From positions 864,001 to 928,000 of the forward strand of contig CAWIGG010000004.1 of NCBI GenBank assembly GCA_963835575.1: a stretch of DNA of 64,000 bases, written 5' to 3'. This document shows, one piece after another, positions 30,316-40,681 of this stretch. Under the pieces are notes generated by a model that saw only the letters and a program-made list of their open reading frames with translations, had not been told where the DNA came from and made no database searches. The position numbers and the translations under genes were made by a program. Origin of the DNA: an uncultured Spirochaetota bacterium (lineage in GTDB: Bacteria > Spirochaetota > Brevinematia > Brevinematales > JAOACQ01). Positions within the stretch are counted from its first letter, which is position 1. The number at the start of each line of letters is the position of its first letter.

Positions 30316-30780
30316 TTATTCAACAACATTAAATCCCAATTTTGCATATAATTTCATCGCCGGTTCATTCCCTTCGAGTATTTTTAATGTAACTTCCATA
30401 CTTCCTTTTGAAAGTATTTCATTAACTGCATATTTTGTTAATTTTGAGCCATAACCTTTTCGCTGAAATTTCCTATCAATACTGAGAGATTGAATATAAT
30501 TATTAAGAAATAGTATAGACCCTATTAAATAATTGCCTATATCAAAGAGGAAATAAAATGTATCCTTATTTTTATTAAAAAATGATTTTATCTCACTTAA
30601 TTCTGATTCGGATGATTCGTTTATCCTGTGAGGAGTTATATTGTTTTTTCCCCGTAATTCGTAAAATAAGTCTGATTCCAAATCAAGTTCCATTTTAAAA
30701 TAATCATCACAATATTTTACCGGATTAATTTCCGGATCTTCATATATGGGTCCTTTATAAACTAATTTTAATTCATTCAT
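30316..30780 (-). CDS. GNAT family acetyltransferase
   Basis: FQRKGYGSKL and NEPAMKLYAKLGF motifs; AT-rich. Confidence 0.85.
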   Translation of the reverse strand: MNELKLVYKGPIYEDPEINPVKYCDDYFKMELDLESDLFYELRGKNNITPHRINESSESELSEIKSFFNKNKDTFYFLFDIGNYLIGSILFLNNYIQSLSIDRKFQRKGYGSKLTKYAVNEILSKGSMEVTLKILEGNEPAMKLYAKLGFNVVE

Positions 30781-30794
30781 TTGTCAGCCGCTTT

Positions 30795-31133
30795 TCAGAG
30801 GGCGTCTTCCCCGGTCTGGCCCGTCCTGATGCGGATGGCTTCCTCAATAGTGCTGATAAATATCTTCCCGTCGCCATGCTGGCCGGAATGGCAGATCGTC
30901 CGTATTTTTTCCACGATCTTTTCAACAAGCGCCTCGCCGGTGACTATTTCCAGCTTGGTTTTCGGGACCAGCGAAACATCGCCCTCGGCGAACTCGATGA
31001 TGCTCTGGTGCCCGCGCTGGTGGCCGAAGCCTCCTGCCTCGATAACGGTAATTCCCTGGACCCCCAGGTCTGAAAGGGCCTTCTGGATTTCAGCCAGTTT
31101 GGAACGGCGGATAATCACCTCTATTTTCTTCAT
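30795..31133 (-). CDS. P-II family nitrogen regulator, divergent T-loop
   Basis: MKKIEVIIR, GFGHQRG, PKTKLEIV, GDGKIF, IRIRTG; 112 aa from ATG 31133. Confidence 0.9.
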   Translation of the reverse strand: MKKIEVIIRRSKLAEIQKALSDLGVQGITVIEAGGFGHQRGHQSIIEFAEGDVSLVPKTKLEIVTGEALVEKIVEKIRTICHSGQHGDGKIFISTIEEAIRIRTGQTGEDAL

Positions 31134-31436
31134 GAAGGGGCCTCCTGAACTGTCAATTATAAAAAATATAACCATATCTTACTGATGATATAAAAAAATT
31201 ACAATAAAATAAAAAATGCCGTATTTCCCGCGAAGATTTTCAATACAAAATTTCAACGGGATATTATTTCACAGTCATATTATTTCAATTTATATTTCTG
31301 ATCCGGAAAACTTTCAGATAAAACTGAAAATATTTCATTCAGGCCCCCATCCTTAATACGTAATGTTTGATTTTTCCGCCGTTCCGTGCTAAAATTTTGA
31401 ATTAGTTTTTTAGAGGGGCAGGTCATAGAGTAGAGT

Positions 31437-32111
31437 ATGGATCTGAAATTAAAAGATGTCTGCGGCCTTCTGGGCGTCGAAGAAAAAAAGCTTGTCGGCT
31501 GGATTAAAGAGAATAAAATACCGGCTTATGAAATCCAGCATCAATATTTTTTCAACAAAGCCGAAATTCACGAGTGGATCCTTAAAAACAACTGGCCGGT
31601 CTCAAAAAGCGCGCTGGACCTGGCTTTGACGAACGAGCCGGTCTCGCTCGTTTCCCTTCTGGACAAAGGCGGGATTTTTTATCAAATCCCGGGCAGGGAT
31701 GCCAGGTCGGTTATAAAGAATTCCGTAAAAAACATTCCTCTCCCGCCCGGACAGACCCAGGATACGGTTATTTCGACGCTGCTGGAAAGGGAGGAGATGA
31801 TGCCGACGGCGGTCGGTAAGGGGATTGCCATTCCCCATCCGCGGAACCCGATCGTTTCCGATATTGAAAACGAGAGCGTGTCCCTCTGCTTTTTAAAAAA
31901 TAAAATAGATTTCGGGGCGCTGGACGGACTGCCTATAACGGCGCTCTTTATTGTCCTCAGCGCGAATGCCAGAAGGCACCTGGAGATTTTATCTAAAATA
32001 TCCTATCTCTGCCAGAATAATGATTTCAGCGGACTGATGGAAAAACAGGCGTCCAGGGATGCGCTTCTGGCTTATATTGAAGGAAAAGAAAAGGATTGGA
32101 TAAAAAGGTAA
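31437..32111 (+). CDS. Excisionase-type HTH fused to PTS EIIA(Ntr/Fru)-like domain
   Basis: N-terminal HTH_17-like region; ERE..PTAVGKGIAIPHPR; first gene of the ehr operon. Confidence 0.85.
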   Translation: MDLKLKDVCGLLGVEEKKLVGWIKENKIPAYEIQHQYFFNKAEIHEWILKNNWPVSKSALDLALTNEPVSLVSLLDKGGIFYQIPGRDARSVIKNSVKNIPLPPGQTQDTVISTLLEREEMMPTAVGKGIAIPHPRNPIVSDIENESVSLCFLKNKIDFGALDGLPITALFIVLSANARRHLEILSKISYLCQNNDFSGLMEKQASRDALLAYIEGKEKDWIKR

Positions 32112-34103
32112 ATGGGCATGCTGTTTTTTTATATATCCCTTATCATCTTATTGATCGGCGGGCTATTCTGTCTCATCGTTCCGGAAAAGGTAAAGAGCGT
32201 CGTTAATTTTATTTTTTACGCTGTCAGCTTTCCTTTAATTCTTGTTCCTTCCATTGAAGTCCTGACAAAGAATACAGTTTTGAGCGCCTCATTTTCATTG
32301 AATTCCCTTTTCGGCCCCGTGAATATCGTCATCGATCCGCTTTCGGCTTTTTTTGTTGTCATCATCTCGCTTGTCGGATTGCTGGCCTGCCTTTATTCCA
32401 TAGGTTATATGAAGCCTTATATCAAAGAGCGGAAAAGATTGTCCTCGCATTACTTTTTTCAGAATGTCCTTATCATTTCCATGCTCCTTGTCGTGACCCT
32501 GCAGAACGCTTTTGCGTTTCTCATCGCGTGGGAATTGATGTCGCTCTCATCATTTTTCCTGGTGATCTTTGAGAGCGAGAAAGAGGAAGTGATCAAAGCG
32601 GGAATGAATTATCTCATCAGTATGCATATCGGCCTGATTTTCATCATTTCAGGCTTTATATTTCTGTCAATCCAGTCGGGAAGTTTCGGTTTTGATTCAT
32701 TTAAAAAAGTTTTTGAATCTAATAAAACAACCGCGGATATTCTATTCATCCTGTTCTTCGCCGGATTCGGGATAAAGGCTGGTTTTTTCCCTCTGCATAC
32801 ATGGCTGCCCAGGGCGCATCCGGCCGCGCCAAGCCCCATCTCGGCCATCATGTCCGGGGTGATGATTAAAACAGGGATTTACGGAATCCTTCGGGTCTTG
32901 AGCTGGACCGGCACGCCGTCGTTTTTTATTTCCTATTTTGTTCTGATAATCGCCCTTCTTTCCGGGATTATAGGGGTCATATACGCGATAGCCCAGCACG
33001 ACCTGAAAAAACTGCTGGCCTATCACAGCGTGGAAAATATCGGCATCATCGGCCTGGGCATCGGTGTAGGGATGCTGGGGCTGTCTTATCAGAATAGTCT
33101 TGTGTCCGTACTGGGTTTTTCCGGCGCGGTGCTCCATGTGCTGAACCATGCCCTGTTCAAAGGGCTTCTCTTTTTCGGGGCCGGCGCGGTTTATAAAGAA
33201 ACCGGAACAAGAAATATTGAGAAATTGGGCGGTCTGGTCAAAGCCATGCCGTTTACGGCGGCTTTCTTCCTCATAGGCTCCATCGCTATTTCCGGTCTTC
33301 CGCCTTTGAACGGATTCATCAGCGAGTTCCTGATCTATTTCGGCCTGTTCAAGGGGTTCAATCCTGCGAATTTGATCTATACGGTCATACTCATTTTGAC
33401 TATTGCCGGATTATCGCTTATCGGCGTTATGGCCATGCTCTGTTTTACTAAAGCCTTCAGCGTGGTCTTCCTGGGGAGCCCCCGTTCGGAACCGGCGCGG
33501 AAAGCGCTTGAAGCGCCTGTCAGCATGATCATTCCGATGTTTATTATGGGGCTGTTGATCGCCTTTATCGGCTTATTTCCGCAGGCCGTGTTTTCTTTTA
33601 TCAGGCCTGTTGTTATGATTTTATCCCCGGCGGCGGATATTGCACTGGATACGGCGGTATTGAATGTCCTCGGTTCGATCTCGAAAGCGCTGTTCATTTT
33701 TATCGGAATGTTCGCTGTTGTTTTTTTGCTGCGTTTCCTTCTATTAAGGAAGAGAAAGGTCAGTATTCAAAAAACCTGGGACTGCGGCTATCAGGCGGGT
33801 ACACCGCGGATACAGTATACGGCTTCTTCTTTTGCGGAGCCTTTCCTGCTGCTGGCAAAAAAGCTGATTGATTACAAAACTATCATCAAGCCGCCCGCGG
33901 GTTTATTCCCGAAAGAAGCATCACTGGAAAGAGATTCCGCTGACATGATCGAAACAAAGGCGATTATGCCGACTGTCAGCCTGCTTAATAAATTTTTAAA
34001 TCTTTTCTCCTGGATACAGAGCGGCAGGACGCAGAATTATTTAATATACGGGATAGTCTTTCTGCTTCTGGCACTCCTGTTTGTCATAGGGGTCCGGCTA
34101 TGA
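32112..34103 (+). CDS. HyfB-like antiporter-type membrane subunit (EhrA)
   Basis: WELMS, KAGFFPLHTWLPRAH, KKLLAYHSVEN, WDCGY. Confidence 0.9.
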   Translation: MGMLFFYISLIILLIGGLFCLIVPEKVKSVVNFIFYAVSFPLILVPSIEVLTKNTVLSASFSLNSLFGPVNIVIDPLSAFFVVIISLVGLLACLYSIGYMKPYIKERKRLSSHYFFQNVLIISMLLVVTLQNAFAFLIAWELMSLSSFFLVIFESEKEEVIKAGMNYLISMHIGLIFIISGFIFLSIQSGSFGFDSFKKVFESNKTTADILFILFFAGFGIKAGFFPLHTWLPRAHPAAPSPISAIMSGVMIKTGIYGILRVLSWTGTPSFFISYFVLIIALLSGIIGVIYAIAQHDLKKLLAYHSVENIGIIGLGIGVGMLGLSYQNSLVSVLGFSGAVLHVLNHALFKGLLFFGAGAVYKETGTRNIEKLGGLVKAMPFTAAFFLIGSIAISGLPPLNGFISEFLIYFGLFKGFNPANLIYTVILILTIAGLSLIGVMAMLCFTKAFSVVFLGSPRSEPARKALEAPVSMIIPMFIMGLLIAFIGLFPQAVFSFIRPVVMILSPAADIALDTAVLNVLGSISKALFIFIGMFAVVFLLRFLLLRKRKVSIQKTWDCGYQAGTPRIQYTASSFAEPFLLLAKKLIDYKTIIKPPAGLFPKEASLERDSADMIETKAIMPTVSLLNKFLNLFSWIQSGRTQNYLIYGIVFLLLALLFVIGVRL

Positions 34104-35023
34104 TGGAAAGACTCATAAATATCCTGTTCCTGCTGTTTATGCCTTTTTTGTTCCTCGGGATCATCAATAAGGTCAAGGCCGTCTGGGCCGGAAGGAAAGG
34201 GGCGCCTATCCTCCAGCCTCTCTATGAGTTTATCAGGCTCATCAGGAAAGGGGAAGTCGTCAGCCGGACAACTTCCTTCGTTTTTCAAATCGCGCTGTCG
34301 ATTTCTTTTACGGCCGTTCTTTTTTCAGGCCTACTGGCGCCGCTGGCCCAGAGGTTGTGCTTTTTCCCGATGGAGGCGTCGTTTATCATTTTCGCCTTCC
34401 TATTGGGACTGGGCAGGTTCTTCTCGATCCTGGGCGCGATGGACACGGGTTCCAGCTTTGAGGGGATGGGCGCGAGCCGCGAGGCCGCCTTCAGCAGCCT
34501 GATCGAGCCGGCGTTTTTTATCATAATCGGGACGCTCGCTTTTTTGAACGGCGGGCTTTCCTTCCCGGACATCCTGAATTTAACGGAGAAGCATGATCCT
34601 TTCTTCATGCTCATTACTGTATTAACGGTCATCGCTTTTTTTATCATGCTCCTGACGGAAGGCTGCAGGGTGCCGGTTGACGACCCGAATACCCACCTGG
34701 AGCTTACGATGATCCATGAGGTGATGGCGCTGGATAATTCGGGCGTCGACCTGGCCTTATTGTCTTACGGCGCGGGCATGAAAATGGTCGTCATCACGTC
34801 CCTCATAGCCGCCCTAGTCATTCCGAAGGATTTGGGTTTTACCGCGTCGGCTTTTGCCTGGCTCGGGATAGAATCGGTCGCCGCCGTTTTTATCGGGACG
34901 ATTGAATCGCAGACGGCGAGGCTCAGGATGCTGCATGTACCGCAATTTATCTTTGTCATGACAAGTCTCGCGCTGATCATTCTCTCGGCCGCCGCGCTGT
35001 GGATGAAGGGAGGGCTGAAATGA
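34100..35023 (+). CDS. HyfC/NuoH-like membrane subunit
   Basis: GRKG..LQP, GASRE, RVPVDDPNTHLELTMIHE. Confidence 0.9.
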   Translation: MMERLINILFLLFMPFLFLGIINKVKAVWAGRKGAPILQPLYEFIRLIRKGEVVSRTTSFVFQIALSISFTAVLFSGLLAPLAQRLCFFPMEASFIIFAFLLGLGRFFSILGAMDTGSSFEGMGASREAAFSSLIEPAFFIIIGTLAFLNGGLSFPDILNLTEKHDPFFMLITVLTVIAFFIMLLTEGCRVPVDDPNTHLELTMIHEVMALDNSGVDLALLSYGAGMKMVVITSLIAALVIPKDLGFTASAFAWLGIESVAAVFIGTIESQTARLRMLHVPQFIFVMTSLALIILSAAALWMKGGLK

Positions 35024-35658
35024 TCAGTTTTATTATCATACTCTTCGGCGTGACTATGCTTTTTGTGTCGGCGACGGGAAGGATAGAAGGGTATATTAAA
35101 ATACTGTCCGTACAGGGAATACTGTTGATGCTTCTTGTTCTTTTCGGCTTTGATGATTTCAGTATCCTTAATTTTGTATTTTTAACAGCTGAAACACTGC
35201 TTATAAAAACCATTATAATTCCGGTCTTTCTCATACGGATCGTCAGGAAGAATGGCATCCAGAGAGAGGTGGAAACAAACCTGCCGAATTTTTTCTCGCT
35301 CCTGATCGCCAGCGCCCTTTTTATGCTCGGCTTTTTTATTTCCTATTGGGCCCTTAAATTCGGGACTGCAGTCAATTCCCTTTATTTCGGCATATCATTT
35401 TCCACCATATTCACAGGCCTTTTCATTATTATATCAAGAAAAAATATTGTTACGCATGTCCTGGGATATATGATGATGGAGAACGGGATATTTCTTCTGT
35501 CCCTTTCCGTGGCCAAGGAAATGCCGGTCATCATCGACCTGGGAGTGCTCCTGGATGTGTTCATCGGGATATATCTATTGGGGCTTTTTGTGAATAAAAT
35601 CCAATCCGCGTTTGACGAATCGCAAATTGACGCGCTCAATCAATTGAAAGACGAGTAG
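35020..35658 (+). CDS. HyfE-like membrane subunit
   Basis: Hydrophobic; MENGIFL, DLGVLLD; ATGA overlap with the upstream stop. Confidence 0.88.
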   Translation: MISFIIILFGVTMLFVSATGRIEGYIKILSVQGILLMLLVLFGFDDFSILNFVFLTAETLLIKTIIIPVFLIRIVRKNGIQREVETNLPNFFSLLIASALFMLGFFISYWALKFGTAVNSLYFGISFSTIFTGLFIIISRKNIVTHVLGYMMMENGIFLLSLSVAKEMPVIIDLGVLLDVFIGIYLLGLFVNKIQSAFDESQIDALNQLKDE

Positions 35659-35665
35659 GAAAAAT

Positions 35666-37069
35666 ATGATTATTATTTTGTTCCTGTTTCCGGTCATCGC
35701 CGCTGTTCTGCTTTTTTTCCTGAAATCAAAAAAAGTGAATAACATTACGCTTATCTGTTATTCCATTCTATATCTTGCCGTGTCCGTTTTCCAGCTTTTT
35801 TCCCCCGGCGAATTCACCCGCTATTTTAAAACCGACACGCTGGGTTCGCTTTTCATGATCACACTCGCGGTTATTTTTGTCGGTGTTGCTTTTTATAACG
35901 CGGCTTTTTCCCATGATGAGGCATCGAACACATCGCATACCTATTATACGATCTTTTTCCTTTTCTTTGTTTTATCCATGACCGGTGTTCTATTGAGTGC
36001 GCATCTGGCTTTGTTATGGGTTTTTATTGAAGCGACGACCCTCTCCAGCGCTTACCTGATTTATTACCATAAGCATGGATCTTCCCTGGAAGCGGCCTGG
36101 AAATATGTCTTTATCTGTTCCATCGGCATAGCCATGGCTTTTATCGGGATCATTCTTCTGACAATCGGTACGGGAATTGTCAATTCCCTCTTTTTTGACG
36201 ATCTGTACCGGAACGCCCCGCTCATCAACGCGTTCTGGCTTAAGATCGCTTTTGTTTTCATCCTGGTTGGCTTCGGGACGAAAGCCGGCCTCGCGCCGGT
36301 GCACGCGTGGCTGCCGGACGCGCATTCGGAAGCGCCCTCGCCCGTATCGGCGATGCTTTCGGGAACGCTCCTCAATACGGCCGTCCTCGGGATAATCCGC
36401 GTTTATAAAATAATGGAACTTTCAGGGACCGCGTCTTACGCGCGGGTATTGATGCTTGCCATGGGTTTTCTTTCGGTGTTTGTCTGCGCGGTTTATATAT
36501 CGCGGACAAAGAATTATAAAAGGATGCTGGCTTATTCTTCCATCGAGAACATGGGTATCGTCATGATCGGCATCGGGCTCGGAGGCATCGGGGTTTTTGC
36601 CGCGCTTCTCCATATTGTCGTCCATTCGCTGACAAAGGCAGGTTTCTTTCTTACCTCGGGCAATATTGTGTCTTTTTATAACAGTAAATTGATACAGGAT
36701 GTTAAATTTCTTTACCGGAAGGACAAATTCAGCGCGTGGCTCTGGATATTTTCTTTTATCGGGATTTCCGGACTGCCTCCTTTTCCCCTTTTTATCAGCG
36801 AGTTTCTTATTGTAAAGGCTTTTTTTGATAAAGGATGGATTATTCCGGCCGTTATTTTTCTCCTTCTGCTGACTATCATTTTATACGGAATGGGAAATAA
36901 CGTGCTGAAAATGTGCTTCGGCAGGGACAGCGGGGAAAAAGAGGCAAAGCGGCTCAATCCCTTCCAGTATATCCCGCAGGCCGCGTTTTTTGTTATTTTA
37001 CTCATTATCGGCCTGTTACTGCCTGAACCGGTCCGGAAGATGCTTCAGAACGCAGCCGCGCTGTTTTAG
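35666..37069 (+). CDS. HyfF-like antiporter-type membrane subunit
   Basis: WVFIEATTL, SLEAAWKY, KAGLAPVHAWLPDAHSEAP, KRMLAYSSIE. Confidence 0.9.
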   Translation: MIIILFLFPVIAAVLLFFLKSKKVNNITLICYSILYLAVSVFQLFSPGEFTRYFKTDTLGSLFMITLAVIFVGVAFYNAAFSHDEASNTSHTYYTIFFLFFVLSMTGVLLSAHLALLWVFIEATTLSSAYLIYYHKHGSSLEAAWKYVFICSIGIAMAFIGIILLTIGTGIVNSLFFDDLYRNAPLINAFWLKIAFVFILVGFGTKAGLAPVHAWLPDAHSEAPSPVSAMLSGTLLNTAVLGIIRVYKIMELSGTASYARVLMLAMGFLSVFVCAVYISRTKNYKRMLAYSSIENMGIVMIGIGLGGIGVFAALLHIVVHSLTKAGFFLTSGNIVSFYNSKLIQDVKFLYRKDKFSAWLWIFSFIGISGLPPFPLFISEFLIVKAFFDKGWIIPAVIFLLLLTIILYGMGNNVLKMCFGRDSGEKEAKRLNPFQYIPQAAFFVILLIIGLLLPEPVRKMLQNAAALF

Positions 37070-37084
37070 GAAGGAGTCGATAAA

Positions 37085-38569
37085 ATGAAATGGGCACTGA
37101 CCAATAATAACCGTGTTCTAAAACTGAGAGATATTCCTCTGCTGAAAATCGATGATTTACGGAATGAGATCATAAAAAATAAGGATAAAAGGCTGGTTTC
37201 TTTTTTCGGACATAAAAATAAAAAGGAAATTAAAATCTATGTCATTCTCGCGGATGACGATAATTCCAGTCTTTATGTTTCATCTTCCGTGATTAAGGAA
37301 GGCGGATCATATCAGTCTTTAACCCCGGAGCTTCCGGCCTTCCATCTGTTCGAGCGGGAGCTTTATGAGGAATACGGGGTCATTCCTGAAGAGCATCCAT
37401 GGCTCAAGCCTGTTCGATATAGCTTTAACCGGCATGACAAGAATAAAACGATGAGGAATTATCCTTTCTTTCAAATGGAAGGGGAGGAAATCCATGAGGT
37501 TGCGGTCGGCCCCATCCACGCCGGGGTGATCGAACCCGGGCATTTCCGTTTTCAATGCCTTGGGGAAAAAGTTTACCACCTGGAGATCCAGCTGGGCTAT
37601 CAGCACCGCGGCATTGAGGACATGCTCATAAAAATAAACCCGCGCTTTGCCGGGCACCTGGCCGAAAGCATAGCCGGCGATTCCGTGATAGCGCATACTT
37701 CGGCATACTCCGCACTGATCGAGTCGCTTCGCGGCTGTGAAATAACCCGGAGGGCGCAGGCTGTGCGCGGCATAGCGCTTGAGCTTGAAAGGATGGCAGT
37801 CCATATCGGCGATCTCGGCGCGCTGGCCGGCGATATAGCCTATCTTCCCGGCAGTTCGCAGTTCGGGGCCATCCGCACCCTTGTGATCAATACAATGCTC
37901 GTCCTCTGCGGGAGCCGTTTCGGAAGGGGGCTTGTGAGGCCCGGCGGGGTCATGTTTGACATAGATGATACTTTAAAAAAACAGATGGGGATTACATTAC
38001 GGAAAGTATTAAATGAGGTCGGCTTTGCGGCCGAGGCTTTCTTTTCCTCGTCCAGCGTTCTGGCAAGACTGGAGCTGACGGGGGTTGTCCCAACGGAAAC
38101 CGCGAAGCAGATCGGGATGGTCGGCCCCGCGGCAAGGGCTTCGGGAGTTCCCGTCGATGTCCGGAGCGATCATTCCTACAGGATCTATAAAAACTTTCCG
38201 GTCCACAAGCTGACGCTTCCCGGCGGCGATGTATTCTCGAGGGCTTACATCCGTTATATCGAGATCAGGCAGTCGGCCCAGTTCATCCTGGAAGTCCTGG
38301 AAAACCTTCCGGAGGATTCGGTTGAGCTGGTCTCATTAAAAAAGCCGCAGCCGGATTCATTCTCTGTTTCTTTGATAGAAGGCTGGCGCGGGGAAACGGC
38401 CCATATAGCCGTAACGGACAAAACCGGCAAATTAACCCGTTATAAAATAAAGGACCCTTCTTTCAATAACTGGTATGGACTGGCATTGGCGGTGAGGGAC
38501 AACGGCATCTCGGATTTTCCGCTGTGCAATAAAAGCTTTAACCTTTCCTACTGCGGGCATGATCTGTAA
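37085..38569 (+). CDS. HyfG/NuoCD-like large subunit lacking NiFe ligands (EhrL)
   Basis: FERE, VGPIHAGVIEPGHF, GYQHRG. AESIAGD replaces RxCGxC; C-terminus DFPLCNKSFNLSYCGHDL lacks DPCxxC. Confidence 0.88.
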   Translation: MKWALTNNNRVLKLRDIPLLKIDDLRNEIIKNKDKRLVSFFGHKNKKEIKIYVILADDDNSSLYVSSSVIKEGGSYQSLTPELPAFHLFERELYEEYGVIPEEHPWLKPVRYSFNRHDKNKTMRNYPFFQMEGEEIHEVAVGPIHAGVIEPGHFRFQCLGEKVYHLEIQLGYQHRGIEDMLIKINPRFAGHLAESIAGDSVIAHTSAYSALIESLRGCEITRRAQAVRGIALELERMAVHIGDLGALAGDIAYLPGSSQFGAIRTLVINTMLVLCGSRFGRGLVRPGGVMFDIDDTLKKQMGITLRKVLNEVGFAAEAFFSSSSVLARLELTGVVPTETAKQIGMVGPAARASGVPVDVRSDHSYRIYKNFPVHKLTLPGGDVFSRAYIRYIEIRQSAQFILEVLENLPEDSVELVSLKKPQPDSFSVSLIEGWRGETAHIAVTDKTGKLTRYKIKDPSFNNWYGLALAVRDNGISDFPLCNKSFNLSYCGHDL

Positions 38570-38579
38570 AGGAAATAAT

Positions 38580-38860
38580 TAACAGGAAGGCATCCCTTGG
38601 CTGTGCTCGGGACAGGCTCCGGCGGGAAGGGAAGAATATAAACGTATCTTCTATTATAATATTTAAACTAATGTAAAAGAAGCCTGATTGTAATATCCGA
38701 TTTTTCACACGGATGACGCGGATTTTAAAGGATTTAGTTTTACGCTGAGCAGCTTTTTTATTGATGATATCTGATAGAGTCTTATATTAACCACGAAGTT
38801 CGCGAAGAACACGAAGAGGGTTGGAAAGGTGGGCTGCGCCCGGTGGATAAGGCTTTGAGA
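38580..38860 (+). repeat. Left-hand periodic repeat cluster at the start of the defence block
   Basis: taacaggaag..gggaag; taatatccgatttttcacacggatgacgcggatt (38691-38724); accacgaagttcgcgaagaacacgaag; gggctgcgcccggtgga. Confidence 0.7.
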
Positions 38861-38895
38861 ACGACTGAATATCATAGAATGACACTGATGTTCAC

Positions 38896-40605
38896 TTATA
38901 TCTTAAAATATTTTTTCTCTGCTTTTTTAGCTATTTTTAAAATAGAATCCAACTTTTCACTTACTTCCTTGTCAATTTCCTCGGGTTTTGCCATACTAAC
39001 CAATTTGTAATAACGGCTTTTATCCATTAAAATCACAGAATTAATCTTTTTATAAAAATCCCTGAATACTTTATCGAGAAAATCATCACTCATTTTTGTC
39101 GTATTCCACCATTCGTTCATTTTATCTTTTTTTGCCACACCAGGAATATAATCATCGATTATATTTTTAATTATTGACGGATAAGTCTGAGTAAATAATT
39201 CTTTTCCATATTCTTCAACAATAAAACGCTCAATAACAACCGGCAATGGCAAATAATTTTCTATTTCGTTTTTATCCCACATTAACATTTTGAAATATTC
39301 ATTACTCTGAAGTTTAGCCGGAATTTTATCAAATATGGCGATGCCTGATAAATCAGGCATTGCTTCTTTTAACCCGTAAAAATGATTTTCGGCTGATGAC
39401 GGCCGGTTTGAATCAACAGTTCTGACGAATGCTTCTTCAAGGTACTTTAAAACGGGATGTCCTAATAATTTGGCAAAGGCTTGAAGTATCAAATGATCGG
39501 TCGTCCCTTCGAGATAAAGGACCCATTTCTTTTGTTCTGCAAGAACGTACTGATCAAAACCAATACTATTCAGTGATTTTACGAGCTGCTGAGTCTTATT
39601 CACACGGTGGGGATCACCGATAAACCCTATTATTGTATCCTTTTCCGCAGCCTCGTTAAGCACTGCTTCCGAGTGTGTGGCAATTATTAATTGTGATTTC
39701 TGATTCTTAATGGTTTCTGAAAGTGTGTTATAAATCTCTTTTTGCCTGATAACTTCAAGATGGGCATCCGGTTCATCAAGTAAAAGAATTGTGTTTTCAT
39801 TGCTGTAAATATAAGAAAATAACAGCAGGATTTGCTGAAAACCCCTTCCGGAGTTGGAAAGAGCCATATTTTTCTTGGAATCTTCGCGATAAGTCAACAA
39901 CAGCTTTCCCGTACCGGCATCATAAACCGGATCATCTAAATCAACAAGGAAAAACCTTTTTATGAGACTTTTTAATTCCTTCCATTTTCCATTACTGCGC
40001 TGATAGACATTCCAGCATAGGTTTCTCAGGACTTCCGCGGTCCTTCCCTCGCCGATCCTGCCCTGAATCGATCCGGGTTCAAGTTTGTCTTCCTCGCTCG
40101 CAAGTCCCGACATTGGAGGAAGAAAACCAACGCGTTCGTTTATAACTTCTTCCGGAAAAGGCAGAGGTTTCCCATTTTCATCACCCAGTATCCGGCAATA
40201 AATAGATTCGGGATTTGCATAATCAAATTCAAAACCCAGAGACCATTTAGTGTTTGAAGTAAAGCCTTCGGCTGTAATTTTTATCCTGATATTCTCCGTA
40301 CCTCTTTTACCTTCTTTTTTTATAAAACTTTTTCTGACATTGAGATCGCTCCATAATTGAAGCGCGGAGGGTAAAGGCATAGAAAGGAGTTCTTTACGGT
40401 TTATTGTTATACCTGTTCTCTGCTTCGCTTTGGTTGTACGGGAATGTTCATACCACCTTCTCATCCCGATACTCCAGAGAGAAATAGCCTGCAATGCTGT
40501 GGTTTTACCGGAATTATTCGGTCCTATAAAAGCGACAACAGGAGTCAGGTCAATTTCAACTTTTTCCAGTTTTTTAAAATTTTCAATAAAAAGTCTGGTT
40601 AACAT
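38896..40605 (-). CDS. ABC-type AAA ATPase with TOPRIM-like C-terminal domain (OLD/AbiEii-like)
   Basis: IENFK, GPNNSGKT, SGRG signature, LLLDEPDAHL, IATHS, YLEGTTD. Confidence 0.8.
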   Translation of the reverse strand: MLTRLFIENFKKLEKVEIDLTPVVAFIGPNNSGKTTALQAISLWSIGMRRWYEHSRTTKAKQRTGITINRKELLSMPLPSALQLWSDLNVRKSFIKKEGKRGTENIRIKITAEGFTSNTKWSLGFEFDYANPESIYCRILGDENGKPLPFPEEVINERVGFLPPMSGLASEEDKLEPGSIQGRIGEGRTAEVLRNLCWNVYQRSNGKWKELKSLIKRFFLVDLDDPVYDAGTGKLLLTYREDSKKNMALSNSGRGFQQILLLFSYIYSNENTILLLDEPDAHLEVIRQKEIYNTLSETIKNQKSQLIIATHSEAVLNEAAEKDTIIGFIGDPHRVNKTQQLVKSLNSIGFDQYVLAEQKKWVLYLEGTTDHLILQAFAKLLGHPVLKYLEEAFVRTVDSNRPSSAENHFYGLKEAMPDLSGIAIFDKIPAKLQSNEYFKMLMWDKNEIENYLPLPVVIERFIVEEYGKELFTQTYPSIIKNIIDDYIPGVAKKDKMNEWWNTTKMSDDFLDKVFRDFYKKINSVILMDKSRYYKLVSMAKPEEIDKEVSEKLDSILKIAKKAEKKYFKI

Positions 40606-40681
40606 AAATTGCCCCTTGGATTTTTTGATTAAGATTTATTTTAACATAAATCTTATTATTTGTCTTTTCAAATTCTAATGT

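Noticed and set aside
37085..38569. Functional group 4 [NiFe]-hydrogenase large subunit
   Set aside because: Both Ni-binding CxxC motifs are missing and no hyp maturation genes are nearby.
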